Shown here: positions 19,359 to 29,062 of the stretch, in pieces
Numbering within the stretch: the first letter of the stretch is position 1
Layout of the letters: every line of letters begins with the position of its first letter
DNA from: Bacteroidota bacterium
GTDB taxonomy: Bacteria > Bacteroidota > Bacteroidia > AKYH767-A > 2013-40CM-41-45
DNA: 64,000 bases
Direction of reading: 5' to 3'
NCBI GenBank assembly: GCA_016721305.1
Contig: JADKIH010000007.1
Coordinates: 112,595-176,594 of the forward strand
Position numbers and translations under genes: made by a program
Notes under the pieces: generated by a model
Database searches by the model: none
What the model saw: only the letters and a program-made list of their open reading frames with translations
What the model was told of the DNA's origin: nothing

Positions 19359-20600
19359 TTAGAAATATTTGCCCAAAGATACAAAAGCCCCTTGAGCGCG
19401 TCCGTTTTTGAGGAAGAGCGCATCTACATAATCGCTGCCTATACGCAGTCTCCAGCCCTGGCGGGAATACTGATACGACAATCCGATATGAAATCCGCTA
19501 TATCCACCGTAACGCAGCTTTAGTGCTGCTGTATGATTGGAAGTGATTGTATAAGTATGAAGCTGATAAATCAGCAATTTAGATTCTGCATTGAATGTTT
19601 GCGACAGACCTGTCTCCATCGTCCATTTCTTCTTGACAGGAATTGAATAACTCACCTGGATGGTTGCCGGCAACCAGGTTGTTTCTGCCAGATAAGTTCT
19701 GTTTTTCAAATAAGGCTGAACTAAAGAGGAATCAAGATTGATGGATGATTCGACAGTGTCGGCAAAATTAAATAACTCGGAGATATCAACGCCTTCGAAT
19801 CGAAAAGCTGTATCAGCCGTAACGAACGACGACTTCGAATTCCAGCTGATGAAACCGATATTAGATGCTTGCACCCGAAGCAATCGTTTCTTACTGTCTG
19901 TCCACTTGAAACCGAATTGCATCGTTCCGCCAAGTCCATTCACATCAGTGATATTATTTTTGACGGAGTCTGAACGATGAATGTGCAGATTCGCGTCGAG
20001 ATCGATATAGTCACCAAACTCCGAAGTAAAAACAGTTGCCCTCGGTGCTTCGATCAAAAGATATTTTTGGCCTTTATTAATTCCAAAACCGCCCCACCAT
20101 TCAATAATATTCGTTTCATGTCGGAACCAGTGGCCAAAAGTAAAGGTAGCTTGCTGATAGTTTAGTTGTCGAAATAAAAAATCAGATAAGTCGGCAGTTT
20201 TTTTAGCGTAATTTTTATTTCCCCGGAAATAAACTTCAAACACATCTTTGCTGAAATCGGAACTGAAGTGATAGTTGTTAGAGAAATTAACCTCGTACCA
20301 AACATGACGCAAACCAAACATTGAATCAGGTTTATGCTTGTATTGAACACCGGCTGAAAAACCGGCTCCGAAATAATTTTTGTCTTTGAGCTTCGGGCTC
20401 ACCTGATCTTTCATATCATCCGTAATGAATGAATTTCGGAAGTATGTCGAGCCCAATTCGTTTGTCAGAGCATTAGATCCGAAGAAATACTCGGTATTAA
20501 TTCCAATAAAATTCACTGCCGTCGAATCCGAATAAGATTTCGACGAAGCAGCAAACGAAAGTATAAGGAATAAAGAGAGAAGCGAGAATATTCTTTTCAC
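19359..20600 (-). CDS. hypothetical outer-membrane beta-barrel protein
   Basis: Signal peptide MKRIFSLLSLFLILSFAASS, alternating amphipathic strands and a C-terminal aromatic (..GKYF). No family recognised. Confidence 0.45.
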   Translation of the reverse strand: MKRIFSLLSLFLILSFAASSKSYSDSTAVNFIGINTEYFFGSNALTNELGSTYFRNSFITDDMKDQVSPKLKDKNYFGAGFSAGVQYKHKPDSMFGLRHVWYEVNFSNNYHFSSDFSKDVFEVYFRGNKNYAKKTADLSDFLFRQLNYQQATFTFGHWFRHETNIIEWWGGFGINKGQKYLLIEAPRATVFTSEFGDYIDLDANLHIHRSDSVKNNITDVNGLGGTMQFGFKWTDSKKRLLRVQASNIGFISWNSKSSFVTADTAFRFEGVDISELFNFADTVESSINLDSSLVQPYLKNRTYLAETTWLPATIQVSYSIPVKKKWTMETGLSQTFNAESKLLIYQLHTYTITSNHTAALKLRYGGYSGFHIGLSYQYSRQGWRLRIGSDYVDALFLKNGRAQGAFVSLGKYF

Positions 20601-20603
20601 AGA

Positions 20604-22205
20604 TCAACGGATGGAATAGATACCATCGGCGATGAATTTCAAATCGAGATGGTAAGAATTAAACAATTGAACTGTCTGAGGATAGTTCGGAGTGGTGAAA
20701 CTTGCTTTTATACAAATCTTCTTGACTACCTGAAGATGTTGCTTACGACTTTCATTCACCGGAATCGGAATGCGTGTTTCAGTTGACGAAGTCACGATGT
20801 AATTCGCATCAACCGAGGCCGCGCGGATCAAATCAGGTGAAAATAGCGAATCGATAACTTGATTCTGTTCGTTCACGAGCAGCAATTGCAGATTCATATC
20901 GAACGGAAATCCGTTTTTCGCAACCATCGTAATCGTTGAGACACCAATTGCCTCCAGGTTAGTAGTTGAAGCTAAATTAAAATCCGTCGTATCGACAAGC
21001 ATAAGCTGATTCGCAGCAAAACGTAATGGAATTTTCAAATTCATTTGACTTTCCACCAGATAATCGCTGTAAACAAAATCGTTGAATCCGGAGATATTTC
21101 CCAGAGGATTAATTCCGAGATCAACATTGTATTGCAGACGATCAGGCAAATTTTCAAGGAGCGCTTTCAGATTGCTATTGCCATTATCCAGATGAAACGA
21201 ATAAATTCCGGGAGTAATATTACCGGAGGCAGTCGATGTTTCAGTGGCGCGGTTCAAATTAATCGTGTGTTGTATGAGTGACGGATTAGTCAATGCTACA
21301 TTGGCACCTGTGTTTGAATTATGCGAAGTCAGCAGGTTCACATAAGCTTGAATATCGGCTCCGACATAATTTGTAAATCGCAAATCAAGTGTTGAACTGT
21401 CGAGCAACAAAGTACCTGACTGTATAAGTCCTCCAATTCCGACATTCATATCTTTTACTTCATTGATATCCGTTTGTCCGAGATATCCTTTCACATAAGA
21501 AGGAGTGATGCCGATAAGAGAGCTATTGATGTTGATTACAGTGTCCGAAGCATTCACAGTAAAAGGAACTCCGTTAGGATCGGAGCGTGCTTCGACAGAA
21601 TACGAAATTGTATTACTCAATGAGCCGGTAGAACCGGTCATGTCAACTGTATAACCTGAGAAATCATAATCGCCGGTAAAGCTTTGCGGTTGTGTTGCGG
21701 AGGCAGAGTCTACCCAAATCACAATCGTAAACGGATTTCCGTTTTTAATTGCTTTCGGAATCGTATAAGTAAACTTAATCTTCGAATGCATGGAATTCCG
21801 AATGTCGATTCGGATGATGCCGGATGAAATCACAGCTTTCTTTATCGAAACACCACCTACACCAAGAGCCACATTATTGTTGTTCGAATAAAACGGGAAG
21901 TCGGGCTGAATCGTCGCAGGGAAAGGAGGAAAGAGCACAACGGTCGGTATAGTCGTATCCGGAACCTGATAAATTGAATCGAGCTGAAAGTTCGAGAACG
22001 TTGTATCGTAACTGATTTCAAGTCGTCCGTTCGGATCAGCCTGAAGATAGTTATTCCCCATCAACTGACCGACACCAATAGTGGCATGTGCCAAAGGTCC
22101 AAGAATGTTAACATCCCATTGAGGGCTGTCATTTTCCTTCTTGCAAGAGAAAACAAAGAGGACAAGCGAAAGGAGAATAAGGCAGTTCCTGATACTTCTT
22201 TTCAT
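20604..22205 (-). CDS. hypothetical lipoprotein
   Basis: Likely start at MKRSIRNCLILLSLVLFVFSCKK (lipobox). About 530 aa. No family recognised. Confidence 0.45.
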   Translation of the reverse strand: MKRSIRNCLILLSLVLFVFSCKKENDSPQWDVNILGPLAHATIGVGQLMGNNYLQADPNGRLEISYDTTFSNFQLDSIYQVPDTTIPTVVLFPPFPATIQPDFPFYSNNNNVALGVGGVSIKKAVISSGIIRIDIRNSMHSKIKFTYTIPKAIKNGNPFTIVIWVDSASATQPQSFTGDYDFSGYTVDMTGSTGSLSNTISYSVEARSDPNGVPFTVNASDTVININSSLIGITPSYVKGYLGQTDINEVKDMNVGIGGLIQSGTLLLDSSTLDLRFTNYVGADIQAYVNLLTSHNSNTGANVALTNPSLIQHTINLNRATETSTASGNITPGIYSFHLDNGNSNLKALLENLPDRLQYNVDLGINPLGNISGFNDFVYSDYLVESQMNLKIPLRFAANQLMLVDTTDFNLASTTNLEAIGVSTITMVAKNGFPFDMNLQLLLVNEQNQVIDSLFSPDLIRAASVDANYIVTSSTETRIPIPVNESRKQHLQVVKKICIKASFTTPNYPQTVQLFNSYHLDLKFIADGIYSIR

Positions 22206-22244
22206 CAGGGTAAAGATGGGAAAAAATGTCCAATTCTCTCCCAA

Positions 22245-22289
22245 ATTAGCTAATTAGCTAATTAGCTAATTGATTTAACAGCTAATCTT
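22245..22289. repeat. (AGCTAATT)x4 palindromic-phase octamer array
   Basis: Direct read: aaattagctaattagctaattagctaattga...cagctaatc. Confidence 0.75.
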
Positions 22290-22297
22290 AAAAAGAA

Positions 22298-22337
22298 CAA
22301 ACGCCGCAAGCCTTACGGGGCTTTTCGGCGTTTGAAG
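22298..22337. terminator. Stem-loop aaacgccg...cggcgttt followed (on the minus strand) by a T-rich tract
   Basis: Perfect 8-bp inverted repeat with an inner partial stem. Its function is uncertain. It lies in the long ribBA leader. Confidence 0.35.
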
Positions 22338-22595
22338 TCAACCTTACGGGGTTGGGTTTAAACCATATGCTGTTTAGGTTATGACACAATATTATAGCAT
22401 TTTGAAGGCGATAGTTTGCTGAGATGGCGCATTCCTTACATCGGTAATTTTCTCTTGGCGATGAGTTTAAAATTGTCTGCAGATCTAGAAATTTCGTCAA
22501 AAAGATCAATCTGGAAAGGAAGTTAACATGTAAGAAATCGCTCTTTTTCAATCAAAAGTGACTTAAAAATGAGGAAAACAATAGTCTGATGAACT

Positions 22596-23840
22596 TTGTT
22601 AAATTTGCAGTCTTATTTTAGGAGTATGTACAAGCTGAATACCGTTGAAGAAGCCATTAATGATTTGAAAAATGGCAAGGTCATTATCGTAGTGGATGAC
22701 GCGAATCGTGAGAATGAAGGTGATTTTATCACTACAGCCGAAAACTCTACACCGGAAGTAATCAATTTCATGGCCACACATGGCCGCGGATTGATTTGTG
22801 TAGCCTTAACCGAAGAACGTTGCGATGAATTGCAGCTTCCTTTGATGGTTAAGAAGAACACAGCATCGCATGAAACGCAGTTCACGGTTTCAGTGGATCT
22901 AATCAGTCCTGATACATCTACCGGAATTTCCGCGTCCGATCGCTCGCATACGATTCGTGCATTGATCGACCCTAATACAAACCCTGATGATCTTGGTCGT
23001 CCGGGTCATATCTTCCCGTTACGTGCTAAAAAAGGTGGTGTACTTCGTCGTACAGGACACACAGAAGCTACCATCGATCTTGCTCGCCTTGCAGGTGCAA
23101 GTCCGGCAGGTACATTGGTAGAGATTATGAACGAAGACGGAACGATGGCTCGTTTGCCGGATCTCATGCTGATTGCCAAGAAATTCAATCTCTCCATTAT
23201 TTCGATTGAAGATCTCATTGCTTACCGACTCAAAGAAGAATCACTTATCGAAAAACAAGTGGACGTAAAGCTGCCAACTGTTTACGGTGATTTCGAATTA
23301 TACGCATACAAACAAATAACAACAGAGCAGGAGCATCTGGCACTTGTAAAAGGTACATGGACGAAAGACGAACCCGTACTTGTTCGTGTTCACTCATCAT
23401 GTCTGACCGGCGATATTTTCGGTTCCTGCCGTTGCGATTGCGGACCTCAGTTACACGCTGCCATGGAAATGATCGAGAAAGAAGGTAAAGGTGTAATCGT
23501 TTACATGAACCAGGAAGGTCGCGGTATCGGTCTGCTCAATAAATTGCGCGCTTATAAACTCCAGGAAAATGGTCGCGATACCGTAGAAGCCAATCTGGAA
23601 TTAGGTTTCAAGAGCGACGAACGCGATTACGGCGTTGGTGCACAAATCTTGCGTGATCTTGGTGTTTCGAAAATGAAATTGATGACTAACAATCCGAAGA
23701 AACGTGCCGGACTAATTGGTTACGGATTGGAGATTGTGAGTGTCGTTCCGATTGAAATGGAATCGAATCAGCATAACAGAAGTTATCTGATGACGAAGCG
23801 CGACAAATTAGGTCACACCCTGAAACTAAATCACGACTAA
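22596..23840 (+). CDS. ribBA: bifunctional 3,4-dihydroxy-2-butanone-4-phosphate synthase / GTP cyclohydrolase II
   Basis: 414 aa with a RibB N-terminus ([11 protein letters not shown]) and a RibA C-terminus (CxCDCGPQL zinc site). The start may be the internal M at 22626. Confidence 0.9.
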   Translation: MLNLQSYFRSMYKLNTVEEAINDLKNGKVIIVVDDANRENEGDFITTAENSTPEVINFMATHGRGLICVALTEERCDELQLPLMVKKNTASHETQFTVSVDLISPDTSTGISASDRSHTIRALIDPNTNPDDLGRPGHIFPLRAKKGGVLRRTGHTEATIDLARLAGASPAGTLVEIMNEDGTMARLPDLMLIAKKFNLSIISIEDLIAYRLKEESLIEKQVDVKLPTVYGDFELYAYKQITTEQEHLALVKGTWTKDEPVLVRVHSSCLTGDIFGSCRCDCGPQLHAAMEMIEKEGKGVIVYMNQEGRGIGLLNKLRAYKLQENGRDTVEANLELGFKSDERDYGVGAQILRDLGVSKMKLMTNNPKKRAGLIGYGLEIVSVVPIEMESNQHNRSYLMTKRDKLGHTLKLNHD

Positions 23841-25033
23841 AATAATTCGTTATAGAATTTCGTAATTTGATTTCCGATAGCTGCTACAGAATATTTTTCT
23901 TCTGCCAGTTTTCGTCCTTCTATGCCTATTGATTTGGCTTTTTCAGGATGATGGAGACAGAGCGCTATCGCAATTTCGAATTGTTCCGGCGTATCGGCTA
24001 ATAGAATGTTTTTCCCGTCTTCCACGGCTATTCCTTCGGCACCTATTGTTGTGGAAATAATTGTTTTTCCTAAAGCAAGCCCTTCGATAATTTTCACGCG
24101 CATTCCGCTGCCGGAACGGAGAGGAACCACCATCAGTTGTTTATCGTTCATGTAATCAGAAGCTCGCTCCACCTGTCCATCGCAAATAACATTCGGGTAA
24201 TGCGCCTCTTTCAAATGCTGAGGAAAATTCCTTCCGGCTAAGAACAATCTGAGTTCCGGAAAAACTTCACCTACTAACGGCCAGCATGTATGCAAAAACC
24301 ACTCAACTCCTTCAACATTTGGCATCCAGTCCATAGCGCCCAGATGGAAGAGCGAAAGCTTCCTTTCATCGAATGGCTGAAACCGGTAGTCGCTCAGATC
24401 AAGGCCCAGAGGAGATGAAGCAGTCTTGCCTTTATAGCCGTGCTGAAGAAAAAACTCTTCATCGACAGGAGTAATTGCAAGAATAGCATCGATTTTGGAG
24501 AGTAAGTTGAGCTCATATTTTTTCAATCGGTTTGCGAGTAGATTCAAATATCATTTTTTGTTTGTTTTATTTTCAGCTTTTGCCAATCGTTCCCAGATGA
24601 TGTGTTCGACATTATGGGCGCGAAGAACAATTTTTGCTTTTGAGTTCTTTCGAATGGCATCCAGATACGGCGTACAAAATATCGTTTCGAATTGAATGAT
24701 ATCAAAAGTGTTTTTCTGAAGATAATCGACCAGCTTTTGTTCGATGGCTTTATTATAAAAACGACTGATATTATAAGATTGTCCGGAGAACAAAGTTCGA
24801 AGAGCACCACTAATTCGTAAATCTGTATTGATAGAAGCAGACTGAAAATGCAACGACTTTTTCAAATCTTCCGGCATCAAAGAAACATCGGAGTAATTGC
24901 GGCTCGGATTCAAAGCGAACTGATGCACTTCATGACCTGAGGCAAGGAGAGCCTTTGCCATATTCATCATGGCAATTTTTCCGCCGTCGCGGGGAGGAAA
25001 AGGAACATGGTGACAGAGCTGCAGAATTCTCAT
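23837..25033 (-). CDS. glycosyltransferase family 4 (interrupted by an in-frame TGA at 24551-24553)
   Basis: The N-terminal ORF ([19 protein letters not shown]...) and the C-terminal ORF (GT1-type EX7E region) are in the same frame and separated by a single TGA. Confidence 0.6.
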
Positions 25034-26456
25034 GAATGAAACCAGCTAAATACATCAAGGGCTTTCCCGACCTTTTGAAAAAACGACTGTACGCTTCGCT
25101 TTCAAACAAAGCTGAATCCGTGGTTGCTTTATAGGTGAGAAAAACACCAATAGGCAGTAAAACAAGAGAAGAAATCCACATTCCCTTCCAGGCAGGAATC
25201 ACATCTTCGCGAGCAAATTTCTCACCCGATATTGAAATAATGTGATACAAGACGAAGAAAAGAATGGAAACAACTAACGGCATTCCTAATCCGCCTTTAC
25301 GGATGATTGCACCGAGTGGCGCTCCAATGAAGAAGAGAATCAGGCAGGCAATTGAGAGAGTGAATTTGCGTTGCCATTCGATATTATGTTTGGCAAGGCT
25401 TCTAGATTTTTGATCGATGTCGAAGTAAGAATCATCAGCCATCGTCTTAACATTTCTTGCCGAATACAAGGCAGCGGAAGCCAAAGATGCTTGTTTATCC
25501 TTTCTGAAATTGGAGAGGAAATTTCCTTTGAATGACAACGACGCAAGATTTTTTGATTCCGACGAATCGATATTGAGAGCAGGGGTAATCAACTTGTATA
25601 AATTTGCGCGACTGCCATCAATTCTCTTTTGTATGGAATCGGCAGCATAATTCAGCTGTTTAAGATTCAGCATTTGGTAGTTGTCGCGGAACAATTGCTC
25701 ATTGGTACGAGTCATTTTGAAAGAAGAAAGATCGAGACGAATTAATTCCGATTCAAATTCCGTTCTCATCATCGGATGCGATTGATGTCCGGGACGATTC
25801 TCCTGTTCTTCGTAACTTGAGCCTTTATACAAATTGAGAAGCAAAAAGCGTTCATCATCGGACATAGCCATTTTCCCCGATTCCGCCAGAATAACTTTTG
25901 TGTTCCCGCGATTTTCGGAATGATCATAGATCATGATATTCTTCAGACTTTGTCCATCCGGATCTTTATGCCCGATCTTGATCGAATAGCCGTCGATACC
26001 ATTATAGAAAACACCTTCCTTAATGAGAAGAGCCGGCTTTTGCTGTCGCACATCATAGAGAAGAGCATTCATTTTCAGATTCGCTACCGGAAGAATATTG
26101 TTAGAGAAGAAGAATGCGCTTCCTGAAATGAGCAATGCTGTAATGGTAAGCGGGCGCATGACACGTTGAAGCGACACACCGGCCGATTTGCAGGCAGTGA
26201 GTTCAAAATGCTCGGCCAGATTTCCGAACGTCATGATTGAAGATAGCAGCAGCGAAAGAGGCAAGGCTAGTGGAACAAGTGTTACCGAAACGTACATCAT
26301 TAGTTTAAGGATGAGAAAAGCATCAAGACCTTTTCCGACGAGATCATCAATATACTTCCACAAAAACTGCATTAAAAGCACAAAAAGCGAGATCAGGAAG
26401 GTCACCACCATCGGGCCTGCAAATGATCGGAGAACAAGCAGAGTTAATTTCTTCAC
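24930..26456 (-). CDS. LptF/LptG family LPS export permease (3' end uncertain)
   Basis: YjgP/YjgQ-type TM topology with a large periplasmic domain. The last ~34 codons overlap the GT4 start and look out-of-frame. Confidence 0.65.
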   Translation of the reverse strand: MKKLTLLVLRSFAGPMVVTFLISLFVLLMQFLWKYIDDLVGKGLDAFLILKLMMYVSVTLVPLALPLSLLLSSIMTFGNLAEHFELTACKSAGVSLQRVMRPLTITALLISGSAFFFSNNILPVANLKMNALLYDVRQQKPALLIKEGVFYNGIDGYSIKIGHKDPDGQSLKNIMIYDHSENRGNTKVILAESGKMAMSDDERFLLLNLYKGSSYEEQENRPGHQSHPMMRTEFESELIRLDLSSFKMTRTNEQLFRDNYQMLNLKQLNYAADSIQKRIDGSRANLYKLITPALNIDSSESKNLASLSFKGNFLSNFRKDKQASLASAALYSARNVKTMADDSYFDIDQKSRSLAKHNIEWQRKFTLSIACLILFFIGAPLGAIIRKGGLGMPLVVSILFFVLYHIISISGEKFAREDVIPAWKGMWISSLVLLPIGVFLTYKATTDSALFESEAYSRFFKRSGKPLMYLAGFIHENSAALSPCSFSSPRRRKNCHDEYGKGSPCLRS

Positions 26457-26574
26457 GTTATCTTTGTCGCTTAATGAGGTATTCTTTTCGGACTCAAAAA
26501 GACCAACCTTAATTGGCTGAAACGAATCGAGTCCTAATTCTTTTGTATTTTTCTAACACTAATTCTAAAAACAG

Positions 26575-27180
26575 GTGCAAGATACTATTTTGAACTTTAG
26601 CGAAAAGGAACTGCTTATTTTGCAGGATACCGATTTCTACCTTCTCAAGCATTCGGCAACGAAGAAGATTATGGATTTATTGGGGCATCTGGAAGTTGGT
26701 CTGAAACCCCTTGCATTGAATGCCGGCTTAAGCATTCATGGGTTAAATGCAGAGAGCGGTAAGATCTTCCGCGGAGAGAATTACAAGGGCTTCCCATATA
26801 TCATTCTGGATTGTCCACGACTATTTCATGCAGATTCGGTTTTTGCTTTTCGATCGATGTTCTGGTGGGGGCATGAATTCAGCTTTACATTGCACTTACA
26901 AGGAGCTGCGTTGGAAGGCTTACGGGAGAAGCTTTACGAGGGAATGGGGCTCCTAAAAGGGCAGGGGTTCTATTTTTGTGTGAACGACAATCCATGGCAA
27001 TATCACTTCGAGGAAAGCAATTACATCATGCTCGATCACCGCTTCGAAAAAAGTCGAGAAGAAGTTATGACGAAATCATTCATCAAACTAAGCCGTCGAT
27101 TGAAAATCACTGAATATCAGGAGACAGAATTGTACGGTAAGCAAAGCTTTGAATTGCTTTTGGCCTGTTTGAAAAAATAA
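26575..27180 (+). CDS. hypothetical protein
   Basis: 201-aa ORF. No family recognised. Confidence 0.4.
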   Translation: MQDTILNFSEKELLILQDTDFYLLKHSATKKIMDLLGHLEVGLKPLALNAGLSIHGLNAESGKIFRGENYKGFPYIILDCPRLFHADSVFAFRSMFWWGHEFSFTLHLQGAALEGLREKLYEGMGLLKGQGFYFCVNDNPWQYHFEESNYIMLDHRFEKSREEVMTKSFIKLSRRLKITEYQETELYGKQSFELLLACLKK

Positions 27181-27302
27181 TTGAAAAAGCTAATTCAGCC
27201 ATCAAAGGCCGGAAAAAATAAAAGTTAGCTCAATGGCTAACCTCGTTTAAAGTAATTTCTAAAAAGCAATATCACACTTACAAATCCACCTTCAAAATAA
27301 GA

Positions 27303-27372
27303 GTAGCGAGGGGGGGAGTCGAACCCCCGACCTCAGGGTTATGAATCCTCTCTACCATCGAGCACCCCAATT
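27303..27372 (-). tRNA. tRNA-like element: canonical T-arm and 3' acceptor, CAT-containing anticodon loop, defective 5' half
   Basis: Minus strand reads GGGGTGCTCGATGGTAGAGAGGATTCATAACCCTGAGGTCGGGGGTTCGACTCCCCCCCTCGCTA. The T-arm GGGGGTTCGACTCCCCC is canonical, but the D-stem is missing and the 5' acceptor is not complementary. Confidence 0.4.
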
Positions 27373-27379
27373 TTTTCTT

Positions 27380-27447
27380 GGGTCGAAACCCCGTCCGCCG
27401 TGGCGGATATGAATCCTGCGCTCTAACCATCTGAGCTACCTCGCCGG
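27380..27447 (-). tRNA. tRNA-like 5' half (acceptor + D-arm + anticodon loop) lacking a T-arm and 3' acceptor
   Basis: GGCGAGGTAGCTCAGATGGTTAGAGCGCAGGATTCATATCC then a GCCACGGCGG hairpin. Its 5' acceptor GGCGAGG is complementary to the 3' acceptor CCTCGCT of element 27303-27372. Confidence 0.35.
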
Positions 27448-27469
27448 AAATATTTTTCTCACTCTTTGG

Positions 27470-27535
27470 AGTCGAAACCCCGTCCGCCGTGGCGGATATG
27501 AATCCTGAACTCAAATACTCTGAGCTACCTTGCCA
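27470..27535 (-). tRNA. tRNA-like 5' half, a variant copy of 27380-27447
   Basis: GGCAAGGTAGCTCAGAGTATTTGAGTTCAGGATTCATATCCGCCACGGCGGACGGGGTTTCGACTCC. Confidence 0.3.
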
Positions 27536-27583
27536 AATTGGGGGTGCAAATATCCGAATTCATTTGATTTTTGCAAACTTTTT

Positions 27584-28042
27584 TCAGCTTCTGCCCTCTT
27601 CGTTGAGCAATTTGGTATAATGCTTTAGAGATCGGAGAATTAACGTCATTATTGCAGTGACTCCCAGCAAAATGAGGAGTTTTTGACTTACGTAAAAGAC
27701 ATCCCAGTTTTTGAAATTGATAACAGCATCAACGAAAACATAGCCGATTACCGTTGCCAAAACGCCGGAATATTCTCTTCGAAGCACACTTTTCATGGAG
27801 AAAGGAATAGTGCTCTTTTTGAAGGAGCTGAAACGAGGAATAAAAGCCGGAATAGATTTAGCCCAATCAAGGTACGACTGGCCAAACTTTCTTTCCAAAA
27901 AACGCTCTTCGGCAAACATGATACGCTCATAATAGAGCCAGTACATCAGGCTTACGATAATCGTAAACGAAATATTCTTTGTAAAGAGAACGATACCAAT
28001 CCACATGAGATAATTTCCCAGGTAGAGTGGATGGCGAACCAT
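27584..28042 (-). CDS. isoprenylcysteine carboxyl methyltransferase / PEMT-family membrane methyltransferase (possibly N-terminally truncated)
   Basis: HPLYLGNYLMWIG motif and a TM C-terminal half. 152 aa is short for the family. Confidence 0.5.
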   Translation of the reverse strand: MVRHPLYLGNYLMWIGIVLFTKNISFTIIVSLMYWLYYERIMFAEERFLERKFGQSYLDWAKSIPAFIPRFSSFKKSTIPFSMKSVLRREYSGVLATVIGYVFVDAVINFKNWDVFYVSQKLLILLGVTAIMTLILRSLKHYTKLLNEEGRS

Positions 28043-28344
28043 TGAATAAATGCCACTGCTGTTTAATTGCTCAGCTACCTGTTCTTCCGGGTTGAACGGT
28101 CATCGGTTTAATGGTAATTTGCCAATCGAAAATTAGGAATACAATTTTGCCAAATGCAATTTCACACAGAATTGTTTAATGTAGAACCGATCACGGTCCA
28201 CCGAGCACCGATCGCAAACCACCCGTACAGAGCGATTTTCGTCTATTTTAAGCGTATTAAAACTAACTCGTTTCAGAAAATATGACTATCTTGAGCGCCG
28301 CTCCAAAAGAGCCATCCTATTAGTTTTACAAGTAACAACACATC

Positions 28345-28749
28345 GTGAAGCAAGAAATCAAAGCGAAGAAAAAAGTGAAATATTCACTTGAATTTGAAGT
28401 TAAATCGTCACCAAAGATTCTCTATAATTACCTCAGTAATGCAAGTAGTCTCGAAGAATGGTTTGCCGATAAAGTAACTATCCGGGAAGGTGATTTTATT
28501 TTTCATTGGGATGGCACTGAACAACGTGCTCATATCGTAACGAAAAAGGAAAATCAGATGATCCGCTATAAGTGGGTAACTGATGATAAAAAAGACGAGA
28601 CTTTTTTCCAGTTCGAAATCGTGCAGGATGAAATTACTTCAGATGTAGCCCTTATCGTTACCGACTTTGCCGAAGAAGAGGAGAAAGAAGAAAACTCAAT
28701 GCTTTGGGATAGTCAGATTCATAACCTGATGCATATTATTGGATCCTAA
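28345..28749 (+). CDS. SRPBCC (START/AHSA1-like) family protein
   Basis: 134 aa of typical length, with an acidic tail. Confidence 0.45.
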   Translation: MKQEIKAKKKVKYSLEFEVKSSPKILYNYLSNASSLEEWFADKVTIREGDFIFHWDGTEQRAHIVTKKENQMIRYKWVTDDKKDETFFQFEIVQDEITSDVALIVTDFAEEEEKEENSMLWDSQIHNLMHIIGS

Positions 28750-28774
28750 ACTCGGATTTTATTTATAAGAAAAT

Positions 28775-28820
28775 TAAAAAACAGAAAGGTTAGTCAATCG
28801 ACTAACCTTTCTGTTTTTTC
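28775..28820. terminator. rho-independent terminator
   Basis: aaaaaacagaaaggttagtc-aat-cgactaacctttctgtttttt is a perfect 17-bp stem with flanking A-run and T-run. Confidence 0.7.
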
Positions 28821-28906
28821 TATCAATTCAATAATGATCTTCTGACTTCATCCAAATAAACTTGAGAAAGAATACCACAAGCCCTCATCTCAAATAAAAT
28901 TACCCA

Positions 28907-29001
28907 TCTCTAATTTCTAATTACCAATTTCTACTTTCTACTTACTACTTACTACTTACTACTTACTACTTACTACTTACTACTTACAACTTACTACTTC
29001 C
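28907..29001. repeat. (TACTTAC)x~9 heptamer array with leader ctaatttctaattaccaatttctac
   Basis: Direct read. Same leader and repeat unit as 2757-2862. Confidence 0.85.
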
Positions 29002-29017
29002 AGCCAATAAAAAAAAC

Positions 29018-29052
29018 GGCTCCTATTTCAAAAGCCGTTTACAAAGAGGTTA
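29018..29052 (-). terminator. terminator for the histone-like gene
   Basis: The minus strand reads aaacggcttttgaaataggagccgttt followed by T8. Confidence 0.55.
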
Positions 29053-29062
29053 GGACAAAAAA

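Noticed and set aside
22288-22551. 87-aa minus-strand ORF in the ribBA leader
   Set aside because: There is no ribosome-binding context or support from conservation. The region is better explained as a 5' UTR with a hairpin.
24551-24553. TGA inside the glycosyltransferase as a selenocysteine codon
   Set aside because: GT4 enzymes are not selenoproteins, no SECIS-like hairpin follows immediately, and TGA acts as a normal stop elsewhere (recF).
27278-27514. 78-aa ORF on the minus strand
   Set aside because: It lies entirely over the tRNA-like elements and is a translation artefact of structured RNA sequence.
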